Shown: one piece after another, positions 46,702 to 56,041 of the stretch
Numbering within the stretch: the stretch's first letter is position 1
Layout: each line of letters begins with the position of its first letter
Origin: an uncultured bacterium
GTDB taxonomy: Bacteria; Oederibacteriota; Oederibacteriia; Oederibacteriales; Oederibacteriaceae
Assembly: GCA_965112635.1 (NCBI GenBank)
Contig: OZ218778.1
Span: 2,222,833 to 2,286,832 of the forward strand
DNA: 64,000 bases
Reading direction: 5' to 3'
Notes under the pieces: model-generated
Databases searched by the model: none
What the model saw: the letters and a program-made list of their open reading frames with translations, nothing else
Told to the model about the DNA's origin: nothing
Position numbers and translations under genes: made by a program

Positions 46702-47508
46702 TCAAATAGAACTCAAATAAAAATCATCGAAGTAAAGGACGGGGTTGCTCGTTTCATTGGTCGTATCCAGAGAAAATTCTACGGCCTTGATGTCATCCGT
46801 ACTCAACGAGTTCTGGGTCAATTGGTTCAAGTCCATCACGACTAGGGTGTCTTTGTTCTTGTCAAGCTTGAAGGTTTGAGAGTAAATATAGTCTTTGCTA
46901 TCAATGACGGAAAGTTCAAGCGTAAGCGTTTTGTTTTGGGGATTATAGACCGAAACTTTTAGCGATTTAAAAGTTGACCAGTCATAGACAGACAACGGGG
47001 TCAAGGATTGTGTGCTCAGCACCATGGTCGATTTCCAGGTTACGGGTAAATTGCCCTGGGATATGGCGGTAATGGTCAGAAGTTTAGAATAAGACTTGGC
47101 AGAGACAGAAATGTTTGTAATTTCGGTGTAAAACGGAACGGCAGTCGAGTCAGACGAATTAAAATCTGAGGGGATCTTAAAGGTCGCCTGGCAAGACATC
47201 AGTCCGGATTTGACGTGTTGGTTCGACGGTTTTAAAACGACATAACCGTTGGTCTGCCAGTCAAAATCAGTTTTCGCATCCTCAAAATCATCCAATACCA
47301 CCGTCTGCTTCTGGGGCTGGCTAAGCAAGGCCCATTTATTTTTTATATAGGTGATGGGTTTCTGTAAAATGCTCTGGGTGTTCGGGTGTTTGATTGCTGC
47401 AGAGCCTTTTTTTGCTGGGGTGTGCCTTGGTATTGCCAACCACAGCCCAAGGAAAACTATCAGGATCGCTAGCAAGGTGATAACGATAATCGGTGCTTTT
47501 TTGTCCAT
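46702..47508 (-). CDS. membrane-anchored hypothetical protein with a beta-sandwich (CBM/CIA30-like) look
   Basis: The ATG at 47508 gives the anchor MDKKAPIIVITLLAILIVFLGLWLAI. The body contains VLDDFEDAKTDFDWQ and ends YFDDFYLS. Confidence 0.6.
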   Translation of the reverse strand: MDKKAPIIVITLLAILIVFLGLWLAIPRHTPAKKGSAAIKHPNTQSILQKPITYIKNKWALLSQPQKQTVVLDDFEDAKTDFDWQTNGYVVLKPSNQHVKSGLMSCQATFKIPSDFNSSDSTAVPFYTEITNISVSAKSYSKLLTITAISQGNLPVTWKSTMVLSTQSLTPLSVYDWSTFKSLKVSVYNPQNKTLTLELSVIDSKDYIYSQTFKLDKNKDTLVVMDLNQLTQNSLSTDDIKAVEFSLDTTNETSNPVLYFDDFYLSSI

Positions 47509-47536
47509 TTTGGACCCCTGCATAAACCTTAGGATT

Positions 47537-49243
47537 TTATAATGACGTTTCCAGCGAGATATCCCCCATCTTCTCGGGGTTCTTTTCGCGCTCCTGGTCT
47601 TTCAAATATTTCTTAATGCTGAGACTGATCTTTCTCTCTTCAGGTGAAATTTTGATGATCTTCATAATTTTCTGCTCGCCCGCCTTGAGGAAATTTTCCA
47701 CTTTTGCAACCCGCTTTGTGTCTATCTGGGATATATGAAGCAGGCCTTCAATGCCCGGTTCTATCTCCACAAAAGCCCCAAAGGTGGTAAATCTCAAAAT
47801 CTTTCCCGTAACAATATCGCCCACCTTGTATTTGTTTATCACCATCGACCAAGGGTCTGGTTGCAGTTGTTTGATCCCAAGAGAGACCTTGCCGTTCTCC
47901 TTGTCGATAGACAATATAATAGCATTAACCGTATCGCCTTTTTTCAAAATCTCTTCGGTAGATATCCTGCCACTCCAGCTTATGTCGGTATTATGCACGA
48001 GACCCTCCACGCCCGGCACGATCTCCACAAAAACACCGTAGCGAACCAGGCTGGTCACGGTCCCCGTGACCAGAGACCCCACAGAAAGATTCTCCAGGGC
48101 CGTTTCCAGGGGGTTGGGCTGCAGCTGTTTTACCCCCAGGGAAATTCGCTTAGCGGTTTTATCCACTTTTAATATTTTGACATCTATTTCCTGGTCAGCT
48201 TTTAGGTATTCTCTGGGATGGGCAGCGCTCTTATCCCAGCTAACTTCCGAAATATGGATCAACCCTTCGATCTGGTTATCTAAGCTGACAAACACGCCAT
48301 AGTCAGTAATATGCCTGACGATCCCTTTGACGATCATCCCCGCCTGGTACCGGCTTTCGATCTCCTGCCAGGGGTCCTGGGCCAGCTGTTTAAGGCTCAG
48401 CGAAATTTTTCCCTTCTCCTTATCAATATTAATAACCAAAACTTCGAGCTCGTCCCCAACCTTGAGACTTTCTGCTGGATTGCTGATCCGGTTCCAAGAT
48501 ATCTCGCTGACATGGAGCAGCCCGAAAACGCCGCCGATGTCCACAAAAGCACCGAAATCCGTCAAGCTTTTTACGCGGCCCTTTATCTTGTCTCCCATCT
48601 TTAAATTTTGGATCATCTGATCTTGATTTTTCTTTGCTTCTTCTTCCAGGACGGACCGGTTAGAAACCACAACGTTCTTCCGTGCGGGGTCATACTTTAT
48701 TATCCTGACTTTGAGGACACTACCCACTTGGACGTCTTCTTTGGAAGAATGCCTGTAACCAACTTGGGAGGCTGGAAGAAAAGCTTCCGTGCCAATATTA
48801 CAAAGATATCCGCCTTTAATCTGCTTGACCAGCTTGGCATCCAGGATTTCCTGGCTCCGGAACTTTTCTTCCAAAGTCTGCCAGATCTTTTTCCTGTCCA
48901 CGATGCTCTTGGATAGAATTACCCTGCCCTGCCGGTCTTCCTGTTGACGGATAAAAACCTCGATCTCGTCTCCTACCTTTGCGGATACCGTGCCGTCAAG
49001 CGATTTAAATTCCTCGATAGGGATGTTTCCTTCTGATTTGTATCCGATGTCCACGAATACATCTGAGTCCGTGATGCGAATAATAGTTCCTTTAACCACG
49101 CTGCCAGCCTCTTTATCTTTCATGCTCTCAGCGTAAATTTCATTATCAGGCATAACTTTAGCGTTAATCTCAGCCTCAAGTTCGGGCATGGATTGCCCCT
49201 CGCCCTCCATGTTGTTTAGTTCGTTTTCGGTGTTGGTCTGCAT
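47537..49243 (-). CDS. rpsA: 30S ribosomal protein S1
   Basis: 568 aa with six S1 OB-fold repeats, for example VKGTIIRITDSDVFVDIGYKSEG and GRVKSLTDFGAFVDIGGVFGLLHVSE. Confidence 0.95.
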   Translation of the reverse strand: MQTNTENELNNMEGEGQSMPELEAEINAKVMPDNEIYAESMKDKEAGSVVKGTIIRITDSDVFVDIGYKSEGNIPIEEFKSLDGTVSAKVGDEIEVFIRQQEDRQGRVILSKSIVDRKKIWQTLEEKFRSQEILDAKLVKQIKGGYLCNIGTEAFLPASQVGYRHSSKEDVQVGSVLKVRIIKYDPARKNVVVSNRSVLEEEAKKNQDQMIQNLKMGDKIKGRVKSLTDFGAFVDIGGVFGLLHVSEISWNRISNPAESLKVGDELEVLVINIDKEKGKISLSLKQLAQDPWQEIESRYQAGMIVKGIVRHITDYGVFVSLDNQIEGLIHISEVSWDKSAAHPREYLKADQEIDVKILKVDKTAKRISLGVKQLQPNPLETALENLSVGSLVTGTVTSLVRYGVFVEIVPGVEGLVHNTDISWSGRISTEEILKKGDTVNAIILSIDKENGKVSLGIKQLQPDPWSMVINKYKVGDIVTGKILRFTTFGAFVEIEPGIEGLLHISQIDTKRVAKVENFLKAGEQKIMKIIKISPEERKISLSIKKYLKDQEREKNPEKMGDISLETSL

Positions 49244-49255
49244 GCAAAGCTCCTT

Positions 49256-49900
49256 TTAAACTTTTTCAGTTTTATTTAGATTATGTTTCAATAGCGTAAT
49301 CTTTTCCATGATCGCATCGCTTATTTTCTGGAACGCTTCCTTGTTACTTGGCATTGAATAAAAAGATTCTAATGTTATTGGCTCTCCAAAACAAACAAAT
49401 ATTTTACTTAATTTTAACATTTTCCTTGTTCTGGGAAGGGCCTTAAATGTTCCCTCCACATAAACAGGCACAACAGGAACCCTGGATTCCAGGGCCATGA
49501 TCCCCATCCCCCTTTTGGCTTTTTGTAGATTTCCGTCACTAGTCCTGGTGCCCTCTGGGAACAACAATACCGCCCCCCCTTGCTCCATGACCTGTTGGGC
49601 GCTATGAAATGCCCCCAGATCAGCACTCCCTCTTTTTACGGGAATGGAATGCACTTTCCTGATGATGGCTCCAAAAATCTTGTTGGTGAACAAAGTATCC
49701 CTGGCCAGGTAATAGATCTGCCTGTTCGTTACAGCTGTGCCTACGACAATGGGATCCAAAAAGCTCGCGTGGTTGGACGCCAAAATAAGCGGTCCTTTTT
49801 TTGGTATATGATTCAGGCCAATAACTTTCAATCTGTAAAAAATCTTAAAAAACAGCCAAAAAATAATATGTGCCGCTGAGTAGAGGTACGATCTCTTCAT
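49256..49900 (-). CDS. plsC: 1-acyl-sn-glycerol-3-phosphate acyltransferase
   Basis: 214 aa. Motifs: NHASFLDP (HxxxxD) and FPEGTRT. Its start overlaps the cmk stop as ATGA. Confidence 0.88.
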   Translation of the reverse strand: MKRSYLYSAAHIIFWLFFKIFYRLKVIGLNHIPKKGPLILASNHASFLDPIVVGTAVTNRQIYYLARDTLFTNKIFGAIIRKVHSIPVKRGSADLGAFHSAQQVMEQGGAVLLFPEGTRTSDGNLQKAKRGMGIMALESRVPVVPVYVEGTFKALPRTRKMLKLSKIFVCFGEPITLESFYSMPSNKEAFQKISDAIMEKITLLKHNLNKTEKV

Positions 49901-50559
49901 GCTTTACCTTTTACCACGCTTATAATGATTTGCGCTACCTGTTCTACGGTCAGCTTGCTGGTGTCTATATAAAAGGCTTCCGGCACCTTGACTAGAGGTC
50001 CCATTTTTCTACTTATGTCCTCTTGATCCCTCTTAAGGATGTCCTTTTTAAGGACCTGGCGGTCAACCTCTATGCCTTTTTTTGTGAATTCCAAATAACG
50101 TCGTGTCACTCTGGCCTCGGCTTCGCAATCCAAGAAAAACTTTTTATCCGCATTGGGAAAGACTACAGATCCTATATCTCGGCCTTCCATGACTATTGAC
50201 GCAGTTTTGCCCATGGCACGCTGCATAGACACCAATATTTCCCTGACTCCCGGGTTGTTTGCAGTGTATTCTGAGGTAAGCTTGGATATTTCAGGTGTCC
50301 GTATTTTTTCCGAAGCGTCCTTGCCGTCAATAAATAGACGCTGGTCTCCTGAAATATGTCTGAAGGAAATATCGGTTTTTCTTGCCAATTCAAGAATTTT
50401 TTCAGTATCTTTCCAGTCCAGGCCGTTTTCCATTACCTTTAAGGTAATGGCACGGTACATGGCACCGGTATCTACGTAGATAAAGTTCATTTTGTCAGCG
50501 ACAATTTTGGCTACAGTACTTTTACCAGAGCCTGCCGGCCCGTCTATGGCGATGACCAC
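49897..50559 (-). CDS. cmk: cytidylate kinase
   Basis: 220 aa. The N-terminal motif is IAIDGPAGSGKSTVAK, followed by DTGAMYR. Confidence 0.93.
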   Translation of the reverse strand: MVIAIDGPAGSGKSTVAKIVADKMNFIYVDTGAMYRAITLKVMENGLDWKDTEKILELARKTDISFRHISGDQRLFIDGKDASEKIRTPEISKLTSEYTANNPGVREILVSMQRAMGKTASIVMEGRDIGSVVFPNADKKFFLDCEAEARVTRRYLEFTKKGIEVDRQVLKKDILKRDQEDISRKMGPLVKVPEAFYIDTSKLTVEQVAQIIISVVKGKA

Positions 50560-50759
50560 AATTTTGCTTTCCTTAAGATGGTTTCTATCAGATGCGCAAT
50601 AATTTGTTTTACATTATTCAATAAATTATTACAATCACATTAATTACCAGTTTCAAAAAAGACCTTTGGTTTCCATTAAATAATAGCTTCAACTTCTATA
50701 ACAACTCCATCAATAATAATATCGAGACAATTACCTTAATCAAATTCTGAATTGGGCTG

Positions 50760-50768
50760 TGCTATAAT
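50760..50768 (+). promoter_or_regulatory. extended -10 promoter element TGCTATAAT upstream of the PQQ-propeller gene
   Basis: The TGn-TATAAT element at 50760-50768 ends 21 nt before the ATG at 50790. AGAGGTAGGG lies in between and could serve as an SD. It sits at the end of a 230-bp AT-rich intergenic region. Confidence 0.45.
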
Positions 50769-50789
50769 TATCGCCAAGAGGTAGGGCCT

Positions 50790-52502
50790 ATGAGAAAGCA
50801 GTCCATTCTAATCTGGGCCATTTTCGCGGCCCTGTTTTTTCCCAGTTTTGCCCATTCTGACTATTGGGTCGACCGTCATGGCACCTTAAGCCCGAATGGA
50901 GACCTCCCCAAAGGCACCCGTTACCAGCCCAGTTTCAACCTAAACCTTGGCGATACCCAGTTGCTTTGGAAAGCCGACCAACTGCAAACCCGTAAGAACT
51001 TTGCCACGGCGACCTCTCCGACCATAGCCAACTCCACGGTATTCGCCACCATGGATAATACTCTTTACGCCTGGGATTTGAATACAGGCGCGGTCAAACC
51101 AGGTTACCCCATAGCCCTGACCACCGCCGCCGGCATGACCAGCCCTATCCTGGCCAACGGCATTGTTTACGCCGGCACAGGTGCCGCCATCTACGCCTGG
51201 ACGCAGGATAAGGGCGTCCTGGTTAAGGGCTTTCCGGTCACCTTAAACGGCACGGTCTGGGCGCCTCCCCTGGTCCTGTCCGGCCTTCTTTATGAACCTT
51301 GCTCGGATTCAAAAATATACGCCTGGAACTGCCAGACCGGAGGATTGCTGTCCGGTTTCCCCGTGAGCACGGGCAATGTCAGTTCCATGCCTTTGGACGC
51401 CGCTTCCCTGACGACTCCAGGCGGCATCTTGTCCCTGGTCTTCCAGACTTCCCTGGACGGCAGGGTCTATGGATGGCCTCTCGGCCTTCCGGTCACGGCT
51501 ACGGGTTTTCCCCTGAACACCGGCAAAAGTTTTAACGCCTCTCCCGTCATCTACCATGGCTGTCTTTACGCCGCCACCGTGGACGGCAGATTATACGGCT
51601 GGAACCTTTTGACCGGCAATCCTGTGGCCGGATTTCCCCTGACCCTGACAGCCGGGAGCTTTTCCTGTCCGGCCATTGCCAACGGCAACATCTATGTCGG
51701 TACTCTGGATAATAAAGTTTTTGGGTTCAATATCGCCAGCGGTTCCCTGCTGCAGGGATTCCCGGTCAGCGTCAAAGGCAGTATCAGCTGTTCCCCGGCT
51801 GTGGCCAACAATGTGGTCTATATCGGCGATTCGACCAACACCCTTTACGCTATCAGCGCGGTGAACGGCCAGGTCCTGTGGAGCTACGCCATCCCGGTCG
51901 TCGTGGACAAGGCCGGGTTTAACCTGTCCTCGCCGGCCTTGGCTGACAACAGGGTGGTGGTCCTCTCCGCTTCGGCCAAGGGATTGTATGTTTTCGGCGA
52001 CCCCCGGCAGCCGACCTCCACGCTGACCCCCAGCGTCACTCCCACGGCAACTGCGACCACGACTCCGACCCCCAGCCTCCTGGCTATCTGCATGTCCAGA
52101 CCCTGCGGATCAAGGACCACCTCCGCGACCTTGACCCTGACCAGCAGCCCCACCAGCACGGCCACGGTCACCCCTACCCTGACGCCTGTTATCGCGGCCT
52201 TGGACGTGCAGAACGTGATAGCCTATCCCAACCCTTTCAAGACGGGTGACATCATCAACCTGAGCTATGTCCTGCCCACTTCGGACACGGACAAGGTGAC
52301 CATCAAGATCTATACCATTTCCGCCCTGCTCATCCGGGTCTTGGACGGCTGCCCCGCCAATTACGGCCTGAACGCCTGCCCCTGGGACATCAAAGACCTT
52401 AAAGGCATCGGCCTGTCCAACGGCATCTACTATTTCAGCGTCGAGGCGGTCCGGGGCAATTCCAAGGTCACGCATATTGGCAAGATAGCCATCACCCGCT
52501 AA
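50790..52502 (+). CDS. secreted PQQ-like beta-propeller repeat protein with a Thr/Pro linker and a T9SS-type C-terminal domain
   Basis: 570 aa. The signal peptide is MRKQSILIWAIFAALFFPSFAHS. Repeated units read G.LYA.....G..(P)GFP(V/L), with 8 or more copies. The linker is TSTLTPSVTPTATATTTPTPS. The tail reads AYPNPFKTGD...VTIKIYT...NGIYYFSVEA...GKIAITR. Confidence 0.8.
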   Translation: MRKQSILIWAIFAALFFPSFAHSDYWVDRHGTLSPNGDLPKGTRYQPSFNLNLGDTQLLWKADQLQTRKNFATATSPTIANSTVFATMDNTLYAWDLNTGAVKPGYPIALTTAAGMTSPILANGIVYAGTGAAIYAWTQDKGVLVKGFPVTLNGTVWAPPLVLSGLLYEPCSDSKIYAWNCQTGGLLSGFPVSTGNVSSMPLDAASLTTPGGILSLVFQTSLDGRVYGWPLGLPVTATGFPLNTGKSFNASPVIYHGCLYAATVDGRLYGWNLLTGNPVAGFPLTLTAGSFSCPAIANGNIYVGTLDNKVFGFNIASGSLLQGFPVSVKGSISCSPAVANNVVYIGDSTNTLYAISAVNGQVLWSYAIPVVVDKAGFNLSSPALADNRVVVLSASAKGLYVFGDPRQPTSTLTPSVTPTATATTTPTPSLLAICMSRPCGSRTTSATLTLTSSPTSTATVTPTLTPVIAALDVQNVIAYPNPFKTGDIINLSYVLPTSDTDKVTIKIYTISALLIRVLDGCPANYGLNACPWDIKDLKGIGLSNGIYYFSVEAVRGNSKVTHIGKIAITR

Positions 52503-52729
52503 AGATCTACACCAAACCCTACCGCAGTCATATTTTTGCGTATAAAACCATCCTGGCTGTTTTTTAGGTCCAATGCGAGGGTTACCCTGCCGCACAAGAA
52601 TTTGGAGTACTGGCCACCTATGCCCAAATATCCTCTACTGCGACCCCGGAGAGTACTTGGTCCATGGCTTGACGGCCTGAAACAGCCGGGGGTATCATCA
52701 TATTAAAAAACGAGAGGAGGAATTGCACC

Positions 52730-53047
52730 ATGCGTTGGAACCACACCATTTCTTACTTTTTCGGAGGGGCTTTTCTCAGCAATGCGGTCCCGCATTTTGT
52801 CAGCGGGATCACGGGCCACCCTTTTCAAAGCCCGTTCGCTTCTCCGCCGGGGCAGGGTTTGTCTTCCGCCCTCGTTAATGTGCTCTGGGGCTCGTTCAAT
52901 CTCATTTTGGCCTACCTGCTCCTCTGCCGCGTGGGTAAGTTTGAACTTCGCCGGACCAGTCATGTCCTCGTGGCTGGCTTGGGCGCCCTGATCATGGCGG
53001 TGATGCTGGCCTATGCCTTTGGCCGTTTCTACGGTGGCATCCTCTAA
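52730..53047 (+). CDS. small membrane protein
   Basis: 105 aa with a strong RBS GAGAGGAGGA and three hydrophobic helices. Confidence 0.65.
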   Translation: MRWNHTISYFFGGAFLSNAVPHFVSGITGHPFQSPFASPPGQGLSSALVNVLWGSFNLILAYLLLCRVGKFELRRTSHVLVAGLGALIMAVMLAYAFGRFYGGIL

Positions 53048-53138
53048 AAACTGGCGGAAAAATAGTTGGAGGCGGGGCGATTATTTCGTGTCAATTGTCA
53101 AGAAGTAACAGGTTTCATTTCGTCTCCTCGAAGGCAGT

Positions 53139-54134
53139 TCATTGGCAGCGAACCAATACCCCATCGGTATTGAAGGGATGGGAGCTCCCTTCAGTCAATA
53201 CTGTTGCGCGTGAATTGATGCTGTTGCCGTCCTCTGACAGGGTCATACTACCCTCAACCTGACATTTCGTCCCCACTGATTCGACATCTTTTTTATAGGA
53301 GACTTTATTTTCAACGACCTTCCCGACAGAATCTGTTTTGCCCGCATAGGTCTGGATAAGGTTTTCCTCAGCATCAATACTATATTCAATGACCTGATCG
53401 GCCCGGGAGCAATCGAAGGTACTACCATGCCATATGCCCATCGTAGAATCAGAAGCAAAGTTCGGATCATTGGAGCTTGATCTTGTTTTAGCAACGATCC
53501 ATTTCCCGGCAAAAGTATGCAAACGCGAGTCAATATCCTTGAGCTCGTAGATCCTATCCTGCACTTTGCGGCTGTCCTTGGCGTGCGGTGACGAAAGCAG
53601 ATAAAATTTGAGCGAGGCCATAGCCTTGGCGTAGAGATGGCGCAGCTCCAAAGTCCTGGCCAGATTATAGTTGGCCTCCGGCCACCAGGGTGCTAAAAGC
53701 AAAGCCTTTTGGTAGTTTCCGATGGCCCTGTCGTAATCCCCGTCCGCTTTGGCTTTTTTTACCGCGCTGTTGGCCATGACAAAATACTCCCTGGCCTCTT
53801 CGGGTATGGCGGGCTTTTCTTTTAGGGCCAACTTGATGACCTTTTCGCGCAACTCCTGGTCCTCGGGATATTCCTTCAGGTCAGCCAGGTATTGCTTCAA
53901 AGTCCCCTTGGTCCTCAGGGGCGCTTTGGGTTTTTCAGCCGGGGTAGAGGTCAGAGCAGGTTCCTGGCTGGTGTCTGAGGTAGTGGGGGAGGCAGTCACA
54001 TTATGGGCTTTAGTCTTATCCAGAGACTCCCTCAATAGGTCCTCGAGAGACCCGGCCACTGCCGTCCGGGTCACAAGAACAGCCAGACAGACCACACCCA
54101 GGAGCAAGACCATCCGCCCCAATATTTTTTTCAT
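53139..54134 (-). CDS. secreted TPR-containing hypothetical protein
   Basis: 331 aa. The signal peptide is MKKILGRMVLLLGVVCLAVLV. The TPR-like region reads YDRAIGNYQKALLLAPWWPEANYNLARTLE. Confidence 0.65.
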   Translation of the reverse strand: MKKILGRMVLLLGVVCLAVLVTRTAVAGSLEDLLRESLDKTKAHNVTASPTTSDTSQEPALTSTPAEKPKAPLRTKGTLKQYLADLKEYPEDQELREKVIKLALKEKPAIPEEAREYFVMANSAVKKAKADGDYDRAIGNYQKALLLAPWWPEANYNLARTLELRHLYAKAMASLKFYLLSSPHAKDSRKVQDRIYELKDIDSRLHTFAGKWIVAKTRSSSNDPNFASDSTMGIWHGSTFDCSRADQVIEYSIDAEENLIQTYAGKTDSVGKVVENKVSYKKDVESVGTKCQVEGSMTLSEDGNSINSRATVLTEGSSHPFNTDGVLVRCQ

Positions 54135-54195
54135 AACGCCTCCTGTGTTTTAATGAGAAGCAAGTTCATCGTCTTTTTCTGAAAGCCCAGGCCGG

Positions 54196-55110
54196 TCAGG
54201 GGGCGTAATTGAAAACGCCGCCGGACCTATGTTTGGAAATATTCATCCCCACGGTATAGGACCAGGGAGCGGTAACGCTATTTCTGACGACCCATCCCGC
54301 GCAAACAAATTTCCCGGACCCGACCGTCGCGTCCTTGAACGAATGGTTGCAATTGGCGGCAAGGGACATATAAACATCGACATCAACCGGGTAGGCATTG
54401 TTGTTCGTGATCCAGACCCTATCTTCATTGATGCTGGCGGGCCTCTTGGTCAGAATGACCCCGTCTTTCTCTGCAATGATCTGTTCTTTTTTAGGCTGCT
54501 TGGCCTGGGGTTTTTTCCCCTCCGGAGCTGCCGCGGCCGTGTCTTCGGAAGCATCCTTGAGGCCGTCCGTGTCCTCGGAAGCATCAGCTCCTTTGAGCCC
54601 TAAACTGTCGGCAGAACCGATTCCCTTTTCTCCCGTGCTTTCTTCCTCGTCCGGGGAACCCCCTTTCATTTCACCCAGGGCTTGTTTCTTGTTCTGATCA
54701 AACTCCACTTGCCGGCGTTTTTCTTCCGCGGCCCGCCTTTCCTCCGCTGCCTTGGCCTCGTCCGCGTCCTTTTTTTCCGCTCCCATGCGGCGCGCTTCCG
54801 CGGCCTCACGGTCCTGTTCTCCTCTTTGTTGTGAATTATCACTGCCCCCAAAGATCCCCTGCCCAATGGAGTATCCTAAATTATAAGCGGCATTCCCAAC
54901 CGCGTCCGAACCGCCGCCGCTGCCGGAAGAACCCCCTTGACTATCACATCCATGAGCGGCCATTTCGGCAGAGGTACATTCCCCCTCCCAATAAATGGCG
55001 TGTCCGTTCTTCATACAGCCGCAACTGCCGGCCATGGCCAGGGGGCAATGAACAAGGGAGACTATCAGGACGGCTAACAGGCTAAATGAGGATTTATTGG
55101 GTTTTTCCAT
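54196..55110 (-). CDS. secreted hypothetical protein with a Cys-rich N-region, a Gly/Ser tract and a charged coiled-coil segment
   Basis: 304 aa with a signal-like N-terminus SFSLLAVLIVSLVHCPLAMA. The charged tract reads EAAEARRMGAEKKDADEAKAAEERRAAEEKRRQ. Confidence 0.6.
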   Translation of the reverse strand: MEKPNKSSFSLLAVLIVSLVHCPLAMAGSCGCMKNGHAIYWEGECTSAEMAAHGCDSQGGSSGSGGGSDAVGNAAYNLGYSIGQGIFGGSDNSQQRGEQDREAAEARRMGAEKKDADEAKAAEERRAAEEKRRQVEFDQNKKQALGEMKGGSPDEEESTGEKGIGSADSLGLKGADASEDTDGLKDASEDTAAAAPEGKKPQAKQPKKEQIIAEKDGVILTKRPASINEDRVWITNNNAYPVDVDVYMSLAANCNHSFKDATVGSGKFVCAGWVVRNSVTAPWSYTVGMNISKHRSGGVFNYAP

Positions 55111-55120
55111 AATTGGCCGG

Positions 55121-55129
55121 ATTATAGCA
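55121..55129 (-). promoter_or_regulatory. extended -10 (TGCTATAAT on the minus strand) only 10 nt upstream of the ATG at 55110
   Basis: The minus strand reads ttgcacctcatttaactggTGcTATAATccggccaattATG. A TTGCAC -35-like hexamer lies 16 nt upstream. No SD fits in the gap, which implies a very short or absent leader. Confidence 0.5.
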
Positions 55130-55149
55130 CCAGTTAAATGAGGTGCAAT

Positions 55150-55220
55150 CTTAGGTCAAAAACTTAGGTCAAATCTTAGGTCAAACATGGGGGGTCGTTT
55201 TGACCTAAGTTTAGGTCAAA
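55150..55220. promoter_or_regulatory. iteron-like array of the 10-11-bp box (C)TTAGGTCAAA: 3 direct copies, then a 10-bp-arm palindrome
   Basis: Direct copies lie at 55150-55160, 55163-55173 and 55175-55185, a pitch of 12-13 bp. The palindrome is TTTGACCTAA(55199-55208)-GT-TTAGGTCAAA(55211-55220). The array sits immediately upstream of the predicted promoter of gene 54196..55110 and just downstream of the SDR stop. Confidence 0.75.
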
Positions 55221-55225
55221 GACAC

Positions 55226-56011
55226 TTACTCCTCGTAGATCATCTTAATGGTCATGCCGCCGTCCGCCACCAGATTCTGGCCGGTGATAAAGCCGGCCTT
55301 TTGGCCTGAGGCCAGGAAAAGGCACGCCTGGGCAATATCCTCCGGCCTGACCACCCTGCCGGCCGGGTGCTGGCTATGGTCCCTGGCAGTAAGCTTGGCC
55401 TTTTTAGGAGGCACCTGCCAGGCCGAGGTGTCGATCCAGCCCGGGCTGACGCAGTTCACCCTCACCCCGTGCTTTCCCAGGGTGACAGCCAGAGAATGGG
55501 TCAAAGCAAGCAAGCCGCCTTTGGAGGCCGAATACGGCTCTGTGTCCGGTTCGCTCATCAAAGCGCGGGTGGAGGCGATATGGATGATGCTTCCGCCCGT
55601 CCGGCTGAGACTCTTGGCCAGGAGCTGGGAGCACAGGTAGGCGGCTTTTAAGTTCACGCTGAGGACCCTGTCCCATTCCGCCACAGGCCTGTTCTGTAAC
55701 CTCGTCTGCCAGGCCATGCCCGCGTTGTTGATGAGCACATCCGCTCTTTGGAATCGGCTGAGGACCGTACTGATGAACCTCCGGACATCCGCCTCTTTTC
55801 CCATATCCGCCCTGATGAACAGGACCTCCCCATTCCCCAGCCCGTACTTTTGTCTGAGGAGCTTTTGTCTCCATTTCCCGGCTTTGGCGTCACAGTCGGA
55901 AAATGCCACCCTGGCGCCGGAGCTCAAAAAGACGTCCACCACGCAGGCACCAATGCCTTTGGCCCCGCCGGTCACGACCACGACCTTATCTACAAACTCC
56001 CTGTTTTTCAT
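55226..56011 (-). CDS. SDR family oxidoreductase
   Basis: 261 aa. Motifs: VVVTGGAKGIGA (TGxxxGxG), NNAG and YSASKGG (YxxxK). Confidence 0.88.
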   Translation of the reverse strand: MKNREFVDKVVVVTGGAKGIGACVVDVFLSSGARVAFSDCDAKAGKWRQKLLRQKYGLGNGEVLFIRADMGKEADVRRFISTVLSRFQRADVLINNAGMAWQTRLQNRPVAEWDRVLSVNLKAAYLCSQLLAKSLSRTGGSIIHIASTRALMSEPDTEPYSASKGGLLALTHSLAVTLGKHGVRVNCVSPGWIDTSAWQVPPKKAKLTARDHSQHPAGRVVRPEDIAQACLFLASGQKAGFITGQNLVADGGMTIKMIYEE

Positions 56012-56041
56012 AGTTTCGCTCTCCTTCTAAAAGCAAAAATA

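Noticed and set aside
55199-55220. The TTTGACCTAA-GT-TTAGGTCAAA palindrome read only as the intrinsic terminator of the SDR gene
   Set aside because: This is possible and is kept as an alternative. However, no U-tract follows it on the minus strand, and the same box is repeated three more times in direct orientation. A protein-binding array fits better.
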